The position numbers and the translations under genes were made by a program. Positions 7,636 through 15,479 of a stretch of DNA of 32,000 nucleotides are shown piece by piece (positions within the stretch are counted from its first letter, which is position 1; each line of letters starts with the position of its first letter). The stretch comes from Faecousia sp. GTDB taxonomy: Bacteria > Bacillota > Clostridia > Oscillospirales > Oscillospiraceae. The notes beneath the pieces are model-generated. The model was not told where the DNA came from. It did not search any database and saw only the letters and a list, made by a program, of their open reading frames with translations. The DNA lies in contig JAZOMT010000032.1 of the NCBI GenBank assembly GCA_045654085.1, positions 70,182 to 102,181 on the forward strand. The letters run 5' to 3'.

Positions 7636-7676
7636 GGACCAGGATGCCGCGAGTTCGAGTCTCGCCACTCGGACCA
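7636..7676 (+). other. tRNA 3-prime-end-like fragment (T-arm, acceptor 3-prime strand, ACCA) with no matching 5-prime half. Possible att remnant.
   Basis: GCGAG-TTCGAGT-CTCGC (7649-7665) is a canonical T stem-loop. It is followed by CACTCGG, then A, then CCA. I found no CCGAGTG partner or anticodon arm in the 350 nt upstream. Confidence 0.45.
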
Positions 7677-7681
7677 AAAAA

Positions 7682-7735
7682 CCGTACGGCGATCAGTTCG
7701 CATTCTACGAACACTGTCGGTCTTTTCTTTGTTTA
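7682..7735 (+). terminator. Imperfect hairpin plus T-rich tail downstream of the tRNA-like fragment
   Basis: GTTCG (7696-7700) pairs with CGAAC (7708-7712), with flanking partial pairing, followed by TCTTTTCTTTGTTT. Confidence 0.35.
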
Positions 7736-7744
7736 TAGCAGTTC
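7718..7744 (+). repeat. Direct repeat copy 2 (27 bp, CGGTCTTTTCTTTGTTTATAGCAGTTC)
   Basis: Identical to 13831-13857. At that site it spans the last four codons (ELL-stop) of the TIGR01440 gene and the terminator tail. Confidence 0.75.
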
Positions 7745-7779
7745 AATTATGTTTTCTTCTATATCATTTCTTAAGGCTC

Positions 7780-8646
7780 TTACTCTACTTCCACCAAGGT
7801 GTATTCTCTGCTTCCATACCCCAGAGCTGCAGCGGCTTCGATGGTATGAACGCCATTTCGACCCTCGATTCTCTCTATGAGATGGGGCTTGCCCGGATCA
7901 GAACACGCATAAACAAGATCGATACAGGCCTGATCGATAGCAATGGGATCGGTTGACACAAGAATGCCAATATCCGCAATACAGGGATCTTCTGCTTTCG
8001 CGCAGCAATCGCAGTCTACGCTCATATTTTTCATCACATTGACATAAATAATGTTGCCCTTAAAAAACTCCACCACGCTGCCAGCCGCATCTGCCATCGC
8101 TTCCAAAAAGGAATCGTGATTGGCACTCCAAATCTTTAACACATTGCCAGCGCCGTGGATATAAGCCTTGCCGTGGGAGGAAGCACAGCCGATAGAAAGC
8201 TGTTTCAGCGCACCACCGTAGCCGCCCATAGGATGCCCCTTGAAGTGAGACAGCACCAGCATAGAATCGTAGGCAGCCATATCCTTACCCACATAGTTTT
8301 TCTGAATGACTTTACCATCCGGGATATCCAGCACCAGATCCGGTCTCTCTGCATCCAGCAGATCTACCTTAAAGTGCTGTATCCAGCCATGATACTCCAA
8401 AAGCTTTCTATGCTTGCGGGTAGTGTTTCTTGCACCGGGATAGGCAGTGTTGCATTCTACAACCGTTCCGTTTACATAGTGAATGATCGGCTTCCAGAAT
8501 TCAGGCTTCAGAAAATTTTGATTCCCCTTTTCTCCGGAATGGACTTTAACAGCCACATTTCCATTTAGTTCCTTACCCGTCAGCTTGTACAGTTCCAAGA
8601 CCTTTTCCGATGTTATCTCACGAGAAAAATAAACAGTTGCACCCAT
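7780..8646 (-). CDS. DUF362 domain protein (288 aa)
   Basis: VLSHFKGHPMGGYGGALKQLSIGCAS is the family hallmark as I remember it. The start MGATVYF has GGAGG 8 nt upstream. Confidence 0.75.
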   Translation of the reverse strand: MGATVYFSREITSEKVLELYKLTGKELNGNVAVKVHSGEKGNQNFLKPEFWKPIIHYVNGTVVECNTAYPGARNTTRKHRKLLEYHGWIQHFKVDLLDAERPDLVLDIPDGKVIQKNYVGKDMAAYDSMLVLSHFKGHPMGGYGGALKQLSIGCASSHGKAYIHGAGNVLKIWSANHDSFLEAMADAAGSVVEFFKGNIIYVNVMKNMSVDCDCCAKAEDPCIADIGILVSTDPIAIDQACIDLVYACSDPGKPHLIERIEGRNGVHTIEAAAALGYGSREYTLVEVE

Positions 8647-8788
8647 ATTTGACTCCTCCATTATCGAATAAGATCGGTAACCCTATTATAATACAAAGGA
8701 GAATCAATTACAAGTAATCATTCCCGACTATCTTTTTCTGCAAAAATATGCTATGCTATCTAAAAAGAATGCTTGGAGGTTGCAGAAA

Positions 8789-9526
8789 ATGCTTAAAAAG
8801 CTGTATGAAAAGAGCGAGATTTGGTTCGCAGTAGGATGGATCATTGCCTATGTTATTCTTGCATCCGCAGGAGATAATCTATCGGCGGACATAGGCATCT
8901 CGAAAATCGTTACATTGCCTATATTGATCGCGCTGTCTGTCGCATTATTTCTCTTTGTCAGAAAGAATGGACTAACAGAAAAATACGGTCTCCGTAAACC
9001 GCAGGCAGGCGCTAAAAAGATGCTGTTTTACGCTCCGTTGATTATTCTCCTGACAGCGAATTTGTGGTACGGTGCCCGGCTTAACGAATCCCCGCTCGAA
9101 ACAGGATTCTATATTCTATCTATGCTTTGTGTCGGTTTTCTGGAAGAAATGATCTTCCGCGGTCTTTTATTTAACGCAATGGCAAAAAACGGTGTGAAAT
9201 CAGCAATTATTGTTTCCAGCATTACCTTTGGAATCGGACACATTGTGAATCTTATCAATGGCTCCGGGGCAGAATTACTGCCGAATCTCTTACAGGTAAT
9301 TTACGCAGTGGCCATTGGATTTACCTTCGTGATGATTTATCATAAGACGAAGAGCTTGGTGCCTTGTATTTTAACCCATAGTATTTTTAACGGATTAAGC
9401 GCATTTTCTAACGAAGCAGTCATTACACCGCAAAGGCAAATTTTTTCCGGTCTTTTAATCGCAATTATTGCAGGTGTGTATGCCGTGTATATCGCATTGG
9501 CAGTAGAAGAAAAGAATGCAAAATAA
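8789..9526 (+). CDS. CPBP (CAAX) family intramembrane glutamic endopeptidase
   Basis: Motifs EEMIFRGLLF, FGIGH and HSIFN in a polytopic membrane protein. The start MLKKLYE has GGAGG upstream. Confidence 0.8.
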   Translation: MLKKLYEKSEIWFAVGWIIAYVILASAGDNLSADIGISKIVTLPILIALSVALFLFVRKNGLTEKYGLRKPQAGAKKMLFYAPLIILLTANLWYGARLNESPLETGFYILSMLCVGFLEEMIFRGLLFNAMAKNGVKSAIIVSSITFGIGHIVNLINGSGAELLPNLLQVIYAVAIGFTFVMIYHKTKSLVPCILTHSIFNGLSAFSNEAVITPQRQIFSGLLIAIIAGVYAVYIALAVEEKNAK

Positions 9527-9581
9527 TGAGGAAACCTCAGCTATCAGTTCGATAAACTTGAATTTGAACAGATAAATGAGA

Positions 9582-9663
9582 ATGTAGGGGTCGGCCCTTC
9601 GACGCCCCTTGCAGCAAGTCCGTTCCCGCGTATCGACGGGCTTTCGAGGGCGCCAGCCCCTAC
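9582..9663. repeat. REP-like GC-rich palindromic element (TGTAGGGG...CCCCTACA)
   Basis: Terminal inverted octamers bracket internal GC-rich hairpins. The same architecture appears at 16615, 18219 and 30517. Confidence 0.7.
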
Positions 9664-9772
9664 AATTTTCGCCGTAAGCTGTTCGATTATTGAGGAATTC
9701 TTTTTCTTTGTTCTCTGCTAAAGCTTATTTATGTCCCCAGCAGAGCCGGAGGTTAACTTTGGTCAACCAATT

Positions 9773-9820
9773 TAAGGGTTTTTGGACTTAGAAAAGTTCA
9801 AAGACCCTTCCTTTATTTTT
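9773..9820 (+). terminator. Intrinsic terminator on the plus strand
   Basis: AAGGGTTTTTGGACTT-agaa-AAGTTCAAAGACCCTT gives 16 bp, two of them G-U pairs only in the plus-strand RNA. CCTTTATTTTTT follows. Confidence 0.55.
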
Positions 9821-10652
9821 TGAAGAAGGCTACCGCAATAGCGCCGGGACCCGCGTGGGTACCGATCACGCTTCCAATGGTGGTATAACGCACCTCGTCA
9901 ACATTTCCTTCCCACAGATGCTTGCTGTCTTCGATATATTTCAGAAGCATCGCATCGGACAGGCCGGTATAGCCCAGAAGCAAAGGCATAGTAAAGTCTA
10001 CACCGCCTGCTTTTTCAATTTACTGGACAAGCAGATTGTTGCCCATTTTAGAGCCCCTTGCCTTGCCCAACATACAAATCTCACCGTTAGAAATGGAGAG
10101 TACAGGTTTGATGTTCAATATTGAGCCGGCAAAGGCAACCGTTTTGGAGACACGTCCGCCCTTTTTAAGATATTCAAGGGTATCCACCAAGGCAACAACG
10201 ACGATGCGCTTCTTGGCTTCTTCCAGCTTTTCGGCAATTTGCTTTGCCTCCAGCCCATCACCGCACAGCCTCAGCGCATACTCCACAAGAACACCGCCGC
10301 CAATTGCAGCCGTACCGCTGTCCACCACATAGATATTTTCATAATCCTGGGCAGCGATGGTTGCGCTTTGGTATGTGCCGGAGAGCGCGGAACTCAATGT
10401 GATAACCACTGCCGATTCCCCTGCATCCCGGGCCTTTTTGTATTCCGTTTCAAATGCAGCAGGAGATGCCTGACTGGTGGAGGGATGCACATCGGTTTCC
10501 ACCAGCTTTTCATAAAAGGCCTTGTGGTCGATGGTAACACCGTCTACATACTCCTCCTCACCAAAATGAACGGTCAGCGCAACGGTATGCACCTGCTCCT
10601 TCACGATTGGCAGCAGGTCTGCAGTGGAATCCACAATAATCCTTGTTTTCAT
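9813..10652 (-). pseudogene. DegV-family (fatty-acid-binding, FakB-like) gene interrupted by an in-frame TAA at 10020-10022
   Basis: The track ORF stops at ...GNNLLVQ-stop. The same frame continues IEKAGGVDFTMPLLLGYTGLSD...IGSVIGTHAGPGAIAVAFFKK-stop, which is a typical DegV C-terminus. The combined length of about 280 codons is normal for the family. Confidence 0.7.
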
Positions 10653-10693
10653 TCTATTCAATTCCTTTCGTTGTTTATGCGTTTGGGAAGTAT

Positions 10694-11149
10694 TTACCGC
10701 TGCGGAAGTCCATCCTTACTGAGTATTTGCAGATTTGCGGCGATCCTCTCCAAACAGCGGTAGAAAACCTCCCGCTCCTCCTCTGTCATACCCTCGCCTG
10801 CCAATTCCACTGCCAGCGCAGCTCTTTGCTGCACATGCTCTGCGGCTTGCTTTCCTTCCTCAGTCAGCAAAAGCTTGGCACGGTAAAGATTACCACCGAT
10901 GGTCTCTTTTCGCACAAGACCTTTTTGTTCCAGGATGCCCACCATACGGGAAACATCCGCTTTATTCTTGCCGCACAGCTCCCCTAACTTTGCAGCGGTG
11001 ATGCCCTCCTCAAAATTATAGAGCGTCGTAAGATAGACGGCGTGAGGGGTGTTTAGTTCGTACTTTGCCATTTCCTCCGCAGCCAGCTTATGCCAGCAGC
11101 GGTCAATTTCGGAAATAGCAAGAGAAAAACGGGCAAATCGATCCAGCAT
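10694..11149 (-). CDS. MarR-family transcriptional regulator (151 aa)
   Basis: Winged-helix pattern ...ITAAKLGELCGKNKADVSRMVGILEQKGLVRKE... I chose the start MLDRFARF (GGGAGG 7 nt upstream) over the track start at 11254. Confidence 0.85.
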   Translation of the reverse strand: MLDRFARFSLAISEIDRCWHKLAAEEMAKYELNTPHAVYLTTLYNFEEGITAAKLGELCGKNKADVSRMVGILEQKGLVRKETIGGNLYRAKLLLTEEGKQAAEHVQQRAALAVELAGEGMTEEEREVFYRCLERIAANLQILSKDGLPQR

Positions 11150-11172
11150 AGAATAACCTCCCGAAGATAAAC

Positions 11173-11844
11173 TTACAGCGCGTACAGATAAATCGCCAAA
11201 AACTGGAGAAGACTGCCAATTACCACGAAAATATGAAACACCGAGTGCATCCAATGCTTCTTCGAGCCGATGCCGTAGAGAATCGCGCCAATGGTATAGG
11301 CAATACCGCCGGCCAACAGCAGTGAAAAGCCGGACATTGTCATAAGCTCAATGGTTTGGGGCAGAAAAAATATAATCCCCCAACCCATACCGATATAGCA
11401 GATCATAGAAAAAATGGTGTACTTTTTAAGATCAATGGCCGTAAGGGTGGCCGCTGCGGCAACCAATATCCACTCTGCCGCCAAAAGTCCCCAACCGATC
11501 AGCGGATAAGTGGGGATAAATGCAGACAGCAATATCGGTGTATAGGTACCGGCGATCAGGAAATAGATGGTGCAATGGTCAATGATCTGCATCACCTTTT
11601 TGCCCATTCCGGGGCGCAGACCGTGGTATACACTGGAAATCGTGTACAGCGTGACAATGGACACACCATAAACGGCGCACCCAATAATACTCAGGGTAGT
11701 ACCCTGAAGAATCGCCCGAATGACACACAGCACCAGTACAACCACGCCCAATGCGCCGCCTACGATATGGGTGACCATATTCATAATTTCCTCGCCCTTG
11801 GTATAATTCGGAAGCTTTCTGTCCCGTAATTTGATTCGTTTCAT
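11173..11844 (-). CDS. Hemolysin-III / PAQR family membrane protein (TrhA-like)
   Basis: Seven-TM protein with SSVYHGL, DHCTIYFLIAGTYTP and HSVFHIFVVIGS motifs. The ATG at 11844 has GGAG 8 nt upstream. Confidence 0.85.
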   Translation of the reverse strand: MKRIKLRDRKLPNYTKGEEIMNMVTHIVGGALGVVVLVLCVIRAILQGTTLSIIGCAVYGVSIVTLYTISSVYHGLRPGMGKKVMQIIDHCTIYFLIAGTYTPILLSAFIPTYPLIGWGLLAAEWILVAAAATLTAIDLKKYTIFSMICYIGMGWGIIFFLPQTIELMTMSGFSLLLAGGIAYTIGAILYGIGSKKHWMHSVFHIFVVIGSLLQFLAIYLYAL

Positions 11845-11884
11845 ATGCAAAACTCCTTTCCGTTGTCACCTGTACTACCCATTT

Positions 11885-11942
11885 GGATGTTGCGTTATCA
11901 ACATCCGGATTATACACAGATTTTGTTGAGATGTCAACATCT
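11885..11942 (-). promoter_or_regulatory. Consensus promoter of the PAQR-MarR-DegV operon with two related palindromes (candidate MarR operators)
   Basis: On the minus strand: TTGACA (11932-11937), 17 nt, TATAAT (11909-11914). The palindrome AGATGT-ca-ACATCT (11929-11942) covers the -35 box. GGATGTTG-cgttat-CAACATCC (11885-11906) lies just downstream of the -10 box. Confidence 0.6.
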
Positions 11943-11959
11943 TTATTCTATTGGTTACC

Positions 11960-11997
11960 AAAAATGCCCGGCAAGGTTTGGAAACCCCGCCGGGCAT
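11960..11997 (-). terminator. Intrinsic terminator after the acyltransferase gene
   Basis: ATGCCCGGC (11964-11972) pairs with GCCGGGCAT (11989-11997). On the minus strand TTTTT follows. Confidence 0.7.
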
Positions 11998-12016
11998 ATT
12001 CTGAACACATAGGAAT

Positions 12017-12967
12017 TCAATTTTGTACCGCTGCTTCAATTTTTTCGACCAATTTCTTTTTGTTAATGACCCGATTGAGCAGGAACATCGCTATGGCGCA
12101 AATGCACAGCAGTGGGAACTGATCTCTCGTGTCTCTGCTGATATGAAAATGATGCAGTAAAATCGGACATTGCGCAAGGTAAATGAACACACTAAATTCA
12201 CCAAGGAAATTCAGGAATTTACTACGGACAGGCAGCGCGGTTGCAAAGTACAAAACCGCAGGCCCAACGAGACCGCCCAAAAGGCGAAGCTTCCAGATTT
12301 CATAGCCGGGTAAGTAGGCAAGGTAAACAAAAGAAACAGCAGAAACTGCAAAGCCGACAGCATTTAGGAGTAAGGTAAGTTTTTCTGCTCTCTTGCCATC
12401 CTTCCCTTTTAGCTCCAATTTGGGAACTTGGGAAAGGAGCATACCAATGGCAACCATTGCAGGGCCTCTTGCCACCCGGTCGATTTCCTTTGTAAGAACG
12501 CGATGGGCAGACATCGAAACGATGATCACAAGAATGCAGATAAGGTTGAAGGTAAGCTGCCGTTTTGTCTTTCTGCGTATGAAATAGAATAACGACAAAA
12601 ATACAAATTGCGCAGCAAAGAACCACAAAAAGCTAAAGGGCCAGTTAAAGCCGTTAAACTCCCACGGGAATACGATATTGCAGTAAAGGACAGAAAGGGC
12701 GGCAAGAATCAGCGGCACAATAAACCGCTTTGTTCTGTCCCAAAAAATATGGGGTATGACCTCTATGATCGGTCTTTCCCTATATTTTTCCATCCCCTTC
12801 AGAAAGAAATAGCCCGATAGCACAAAGAAGAAGCCAACGGCCGTATTGATGCCGTTAAATTTATCCGAAAGCACCGGGAAAAAGCCGTGAAAGTACGCGA
12901 CCCAAACAGCGCACAAGAAACGGAACAGTTCAATCAGTCCGTTTTTATTATCTTTGGCAGCCACCAT
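12017..12967 (-). CDS. Acyltransferase family 3 (OafA-like) integral membrane protein
   Basis: Begins MVAAKDNKNGLIELFRFLCAVWVAYFHGF, followed by about 10 hydrophobic segments. The start is trimmed relative to the track ORF. Confidence 0.7.
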   Translation of the reverse strand: MVAAKDNKNGLIELFRFLCAVWVAYFHGFFPVLSDKFNGINTAVGFFFVLSGYFFLKGMEKYRERPIIEVIPHIFWDRTKRFIVPLILAALSVLYCNIVFPWEFNGFNWPFSFLWFFAAQFVFLSLFYFIRRKTKRQLTFNLICILVIIVSMSAHRVLTKEIDRVARGPAMVAIGMLLSQVPKLELKGKDGKRAEKLTLLLNAVGFAVSAVSFVYLAYLPGYEIWKLRLLGGLVGPAVLYFATALPVRSKFLNFLGEFSVFIYLAQCPILLHHFHISRDTRDQFPLLCICAIAMFLLNRVINKKKLVEKIEAAVQN

Positions 12968-13141
12968 TCTCACCCCAAATAAACATTCTATAGTAAATGT
13001 ATAACACAATTTCCCCCACAAATCAACATTCATCATCAATTTGTGAGAAATTCGCCAAAAGACAGGTAGAAAATTATACATCTATGTGATATACTGAAAC
13101 AGATAGATTAGAATACATTCAAATGAGCAGGAGAAATGACG

Positions 13142-13795
13142 ATGAATAATTTGAAAATTCGCTTAGAAACGGAAAAGGACTACCGCGCAGTGGAAGAACT
13201 GACCCGGGAGGCATTTTGGAATGTCTATAAACCCGGCGCAGACGAGCATTACTATGTCCACAAGATGCGCTCCCATCCCGATTTTCTCCCCGAGCTGGCC
13301 TTTGTGCTGGAAAAGGACGGCCAGATCATCGGTAACATTATGTACACAAAAGCTTGGCTGGAGGACGAAAACGGTGCGCGCAAGGAGATCCTTTCCTTTG
13401 GCCCGCTGTGCGTTGCGCCCAAGTACCAGCGGCAGAAATTGGGTAAGCTCCTCATCGAGCATTCCTTTGAGGTTGCACGTAAGATGGGCTACGATGTAAA
13501 TATCAATTTCGGCAATCCGGGCAACTATGTGAGCCGCGGTTTCGTAAGCTGCAAAAAGAAAAATGTCAGCTTTGTCATGCCCGGCAATTTCCCCACAGCG
13601 CTGCTTGTCTGTGAGCTTGTACCGGGTGTGCTAGCGGGCAAAAGCTGGATGTATATCGCCAGCACCGCCGCCGACTGCTGTGAGGATACCGCCGCGGTGG
13701 AAGCCTTTGATGTCACCTTCCCGCCCAAGGAAAAGAAATGGATGCCCAGCCAAGAGGAATTCTACATCTATCGTCATTCTTCTGTAGTCCGATAA
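13142..13795 (+). CDS. GNAT-family N-acetyltransferase (YhbS-like)
   Basis: IRLETEKDYRAVEELTREAFWNVY..., LCVAPKYQRQKLGKLLIEHS (acetyl-CoA motif A-like). AGGAG lies 8 nt before the ATG at 13142; the ATG at 13136 is only 2 nt from it. Confidence 0.8.
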   Translation: MNNLKIRLETEKDYRAVEELTREAFWNVYKPGADEHYYVHKMRSHPDFLPELAFVLEKDGQIIGNIMYTKAWLEDENGARKEILSFGPLCVAPKYQRQKLGKLLIEHSFEVARKMGYDVNINFGNPGNYVSRGFVSCKKKNVSFVMPGNFPTALLVCELVPGVLAGKSWMYIASTAADCCEDTAAVEAFDVTFPPKEKKWMPSQEEFYIYRHSSVVR

Positions 13796-13805
13796 GCGTA
13801 AAATG

Positions 13806-13847
13806 CCGCTGAGGAATTGAAACTCCTCAGCGGTCTTTTCTTTGTTT
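13806..13847. terminator. Strong hairpin terminator between the convergent GNAT and TIGR01440 genes
   Basis: CCGCTGAGGA-attgaaac-TCCTCAGCGG, followed by TCTTTTCTTTGTTT. Confidence 0.8.
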
Positions 13848-13857
13848 ATAGCAGTTC
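13831..13857 (+). repeat. Direct repeat copy 3 (27 bp, identical to 7718-7744)
   Basis: Read directly. It overlaps the terminator tail and the 3-prime end of the gene at 13846-14388. Confidence 0.75.
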
Positions 13858-14388
13858 TTCAGCATACATTGCCCGGATGCCGCCGATGAATTTCGGGCGG
13901 GTGCGGGCGGCGACTACCAAGGCATCGCCAATGCGGTTATTTTCCAATCGAACGGGTACAGCCACTTTCTTCAGATGCATACCAATGAGGGTCAATCCAA
14001 TATCCAGTCCTGCATCGGCAGAAATCTGTTCCACCGCAACGGGATTTTCAAAGGCGGCATAAGCGGCGGTCGCCAGAGAGCCACCAGCTTTGGTCTGAGG
14101 TACTACATTGACGATTTCCGCATTCGGCACGGCAGCGCGCTCTGTAATGATGGCGCGGTTTAAATGCTCACAACACTGGATGGCAAGATAAAAGCCGTTA
14201 TTCTTTGCGCAATCATACAATGCCTTAAAGATATGTCCAGCGGTGTCAGGACTGGAATTTGTTCCGATCTTTGCGCCCAAAACCTCGCTTGTAGAGCAGC
14301 CAACCACCAAGATTTGACCGGGCTTCACCTTTGCCTTTTCAACAAGCTCCTGGGCGGCAGCTTTTGTCTGCTGATAAATTTTCTCCAT
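13846..14388 (-). CDS. TIGR01440-family conserved protein (180 aa)
   Basis: ILVVGCSTSEVLGAKIG, LAIQCCEHLNRA, NVVPQTKAGGS, IGMHLKKVAVPVR and TRPKFIGG match my memory of this family. GGAGG is 7 nt upstream. Confidence 0.8.
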   Translation of the reverse strand: MEKIYQQTKAAAQELVEKAKVKPGQILVVGCSTSEVLGAKIGTNSSPDTAGHIFKALYDCAKNNGFYLAIQCCEHLNRAIITERAAVPNAEIVNVVPQTKAGGSLATAAYAAFENPVAVEQISADAGLDIGLTLIGMHLKKVAVPVRLENNRIGDALVVAARTRPKFIGGIRAMYAEELL

Positions 14389-14508
14389 TTTGATATTCCT
14401 CCGAGATAGGCTGCACTAAGTATAGCACAGACATTCCATTTTTTCACCTATTATTTTTCGCATATTCTTCTTTTGCAAACGCAAACTAAACCAAAAGGAG
14501 TGGTTTAT

Positions 14509-14796
14509 ATGGACGGACACGAACTTGTACGGCAGACCTTAGATCAAATTCCAAAGGCAAATGCCAACGCAAAACGGATTACGGGTCTTGTAAAGGAAGG
14601 CGGCAGAATTACCGGGTATCAGCTATCCGACAATACCATTGTGGCAAAGCAGCAGGCGGTGGATATGGCGCGGCAGGGTCAAATCGCCGGTGTCGGTATT
14701 GCCCACCGTAGAGATACGGAATACCTCAAATCCATCCCCGACGGCAGCGAAAACAACAACCTCGGCAATTTACCTTCCGTATCTCCTCCAAATTGA
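14509..14796 (+). CDS. Small conserved hypothetical protein (DUF3892-like), 95 aa
   Basis: AAGGAG is 8 nt upstream of MDGHELV. The ITGLVKEGGRITGYQLSDNTIVAKQQAVDMARQGQIAGV pattern resembles DUF3892. This is from memory only. Confidence 0.5.
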   Translation: MDGHELVRQTLDQIPKANANAKRITGLVKEGGRITGYQLSDNTIVAKQQAVDMARQGQIAGVGIAHRRDTEYLKSIPDGSENNNLGNLPSVSPPN

Positions 14797-14800
14797 CAGC

Positions 14801-14835
14801 AAAGGTCGGTAACAAATTGTTGCCGACCTTTTTTC
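14801..14835 (+). terminator. Intrinsic terminator
   Basis: AAAGGTCGGTAAC-aaatt-GTTGCCGACCTTT followed by a T-run. Confidence 0.75.
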
Positions 14836-14946
14836 ATAAAAAGGCTGACTCTCACGCTATGTCATAGTTTATTATGCATTTCGTATGGACGGTCACTAAT
14901 CATTCGCTAATAATACCCCTACCTCTTTATACAACAGAGTCTTTTG

Positions 14947-15013
14947 CCGATTAACGCCATAAAATTACCGATAACAAGATTATTATCCATTTTTCCTTTG
15001 GATATGCTATAAT
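14947..15013 (+). promoter_or_regulatory. Promoter of the LytTR operon with two direct repeats 21 nt apart
   Basis: CCGATTAAC (14947-14955) and CCGATAAC (14968-14975) lie just upstream of the -35 position. The -10 is TGcTATAAT (15005-15013). Confidence 0.4.
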
Positions 15014-15035
15014 GGCAAAAAACGGAGGTGAGGCA

Positions 15036-15479
15036 ATGAAACTGAAACTAATCATAGACAAAGAAAAAGACGAGGAGCTCATTGCCATCGTCCATAGCCG
15101 TTCCCCATTAATCGATGAAATTGAGGCTTTGCTCTTAAAGTCCGAAGGCGCAGACCGCATCCCCGGCTATACCGAAGAGGATATTAAGATGCTGTCTGTT
15201 TCCGAAATTGAATGTATTACTGTCCTTGACGGTAAGACCTACGCCATAGATTCCAAAAACTGCCGTTATCGATTGAAACAGCGGCTTTATGAGCTGGAAA
15301 GCATACTCCCCTCTTTCTTTATCCGCATCAACAAAAGCGCCCTTGCAAACGAAAAAGCACTGGACCGTTTTACCGTCACCGTTGCAGGCAGCGTGGATGC
15401 CGTTTTCAAATGCGGTTACCGGGAATATGTTTCCCGGCGGTGCTTCTCAGAAATCAAAAGGAGGTTAGAGGCAAAATGA
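15036..15479 (+). CDS. LytTR-domain DNA-binding protein (147 aa, no receiver domain)
   Basis: The C-terminal half SVSEIECITVLDGKTYAIDSKNCRYRLKQRLYELESILPSFFIRINKSALAN is a LytTR signature. GGAGGTGA lies upstream. Confidence 0.8.
   Translation: MKLKLIIDKEKDEELIAIVHSRSPLIDEIEALLLKSEGADRIPGYTEEDIKMLSVSEIECITVLDGKTYAIDSKNCRYRLKQRLYELESILPSFFIRINKSALANEKALDRFTVTVAGSVDAVFKCGYREYVSRRCFSEIKRRLEAK

Noticed and set aside
7300-7680. tmRNA (ssrA) hypothesis for the T-arm plus ACCA end
   Set aside because: The acceptor 3-prime strand is CACTCGG-A-CCA, so no G-G-G(U) alanine-identity stem is possible. No complementary 5-prime end lies within 400 nt, and there is no tag-peptide-like reading frame ending in a stop.
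7365-7956. Track ORFs 7365-7703 (-), 7624-7956 (+) and 7644-7880 (+)
   Set aside because: They run through the promoter, hairpin and tRNA-like module, or antisense into the DUF362 gene. None has an RBS or a recognisable domain.
10020-10022. The in-frame TAA in degV as programmed readthrough or a reassigned codon
   Set aside because: TAA terminates many other well-delimited genes in this window, and no recoding signal is apparent. Mutation or a sequencing error is the simpler explanation.
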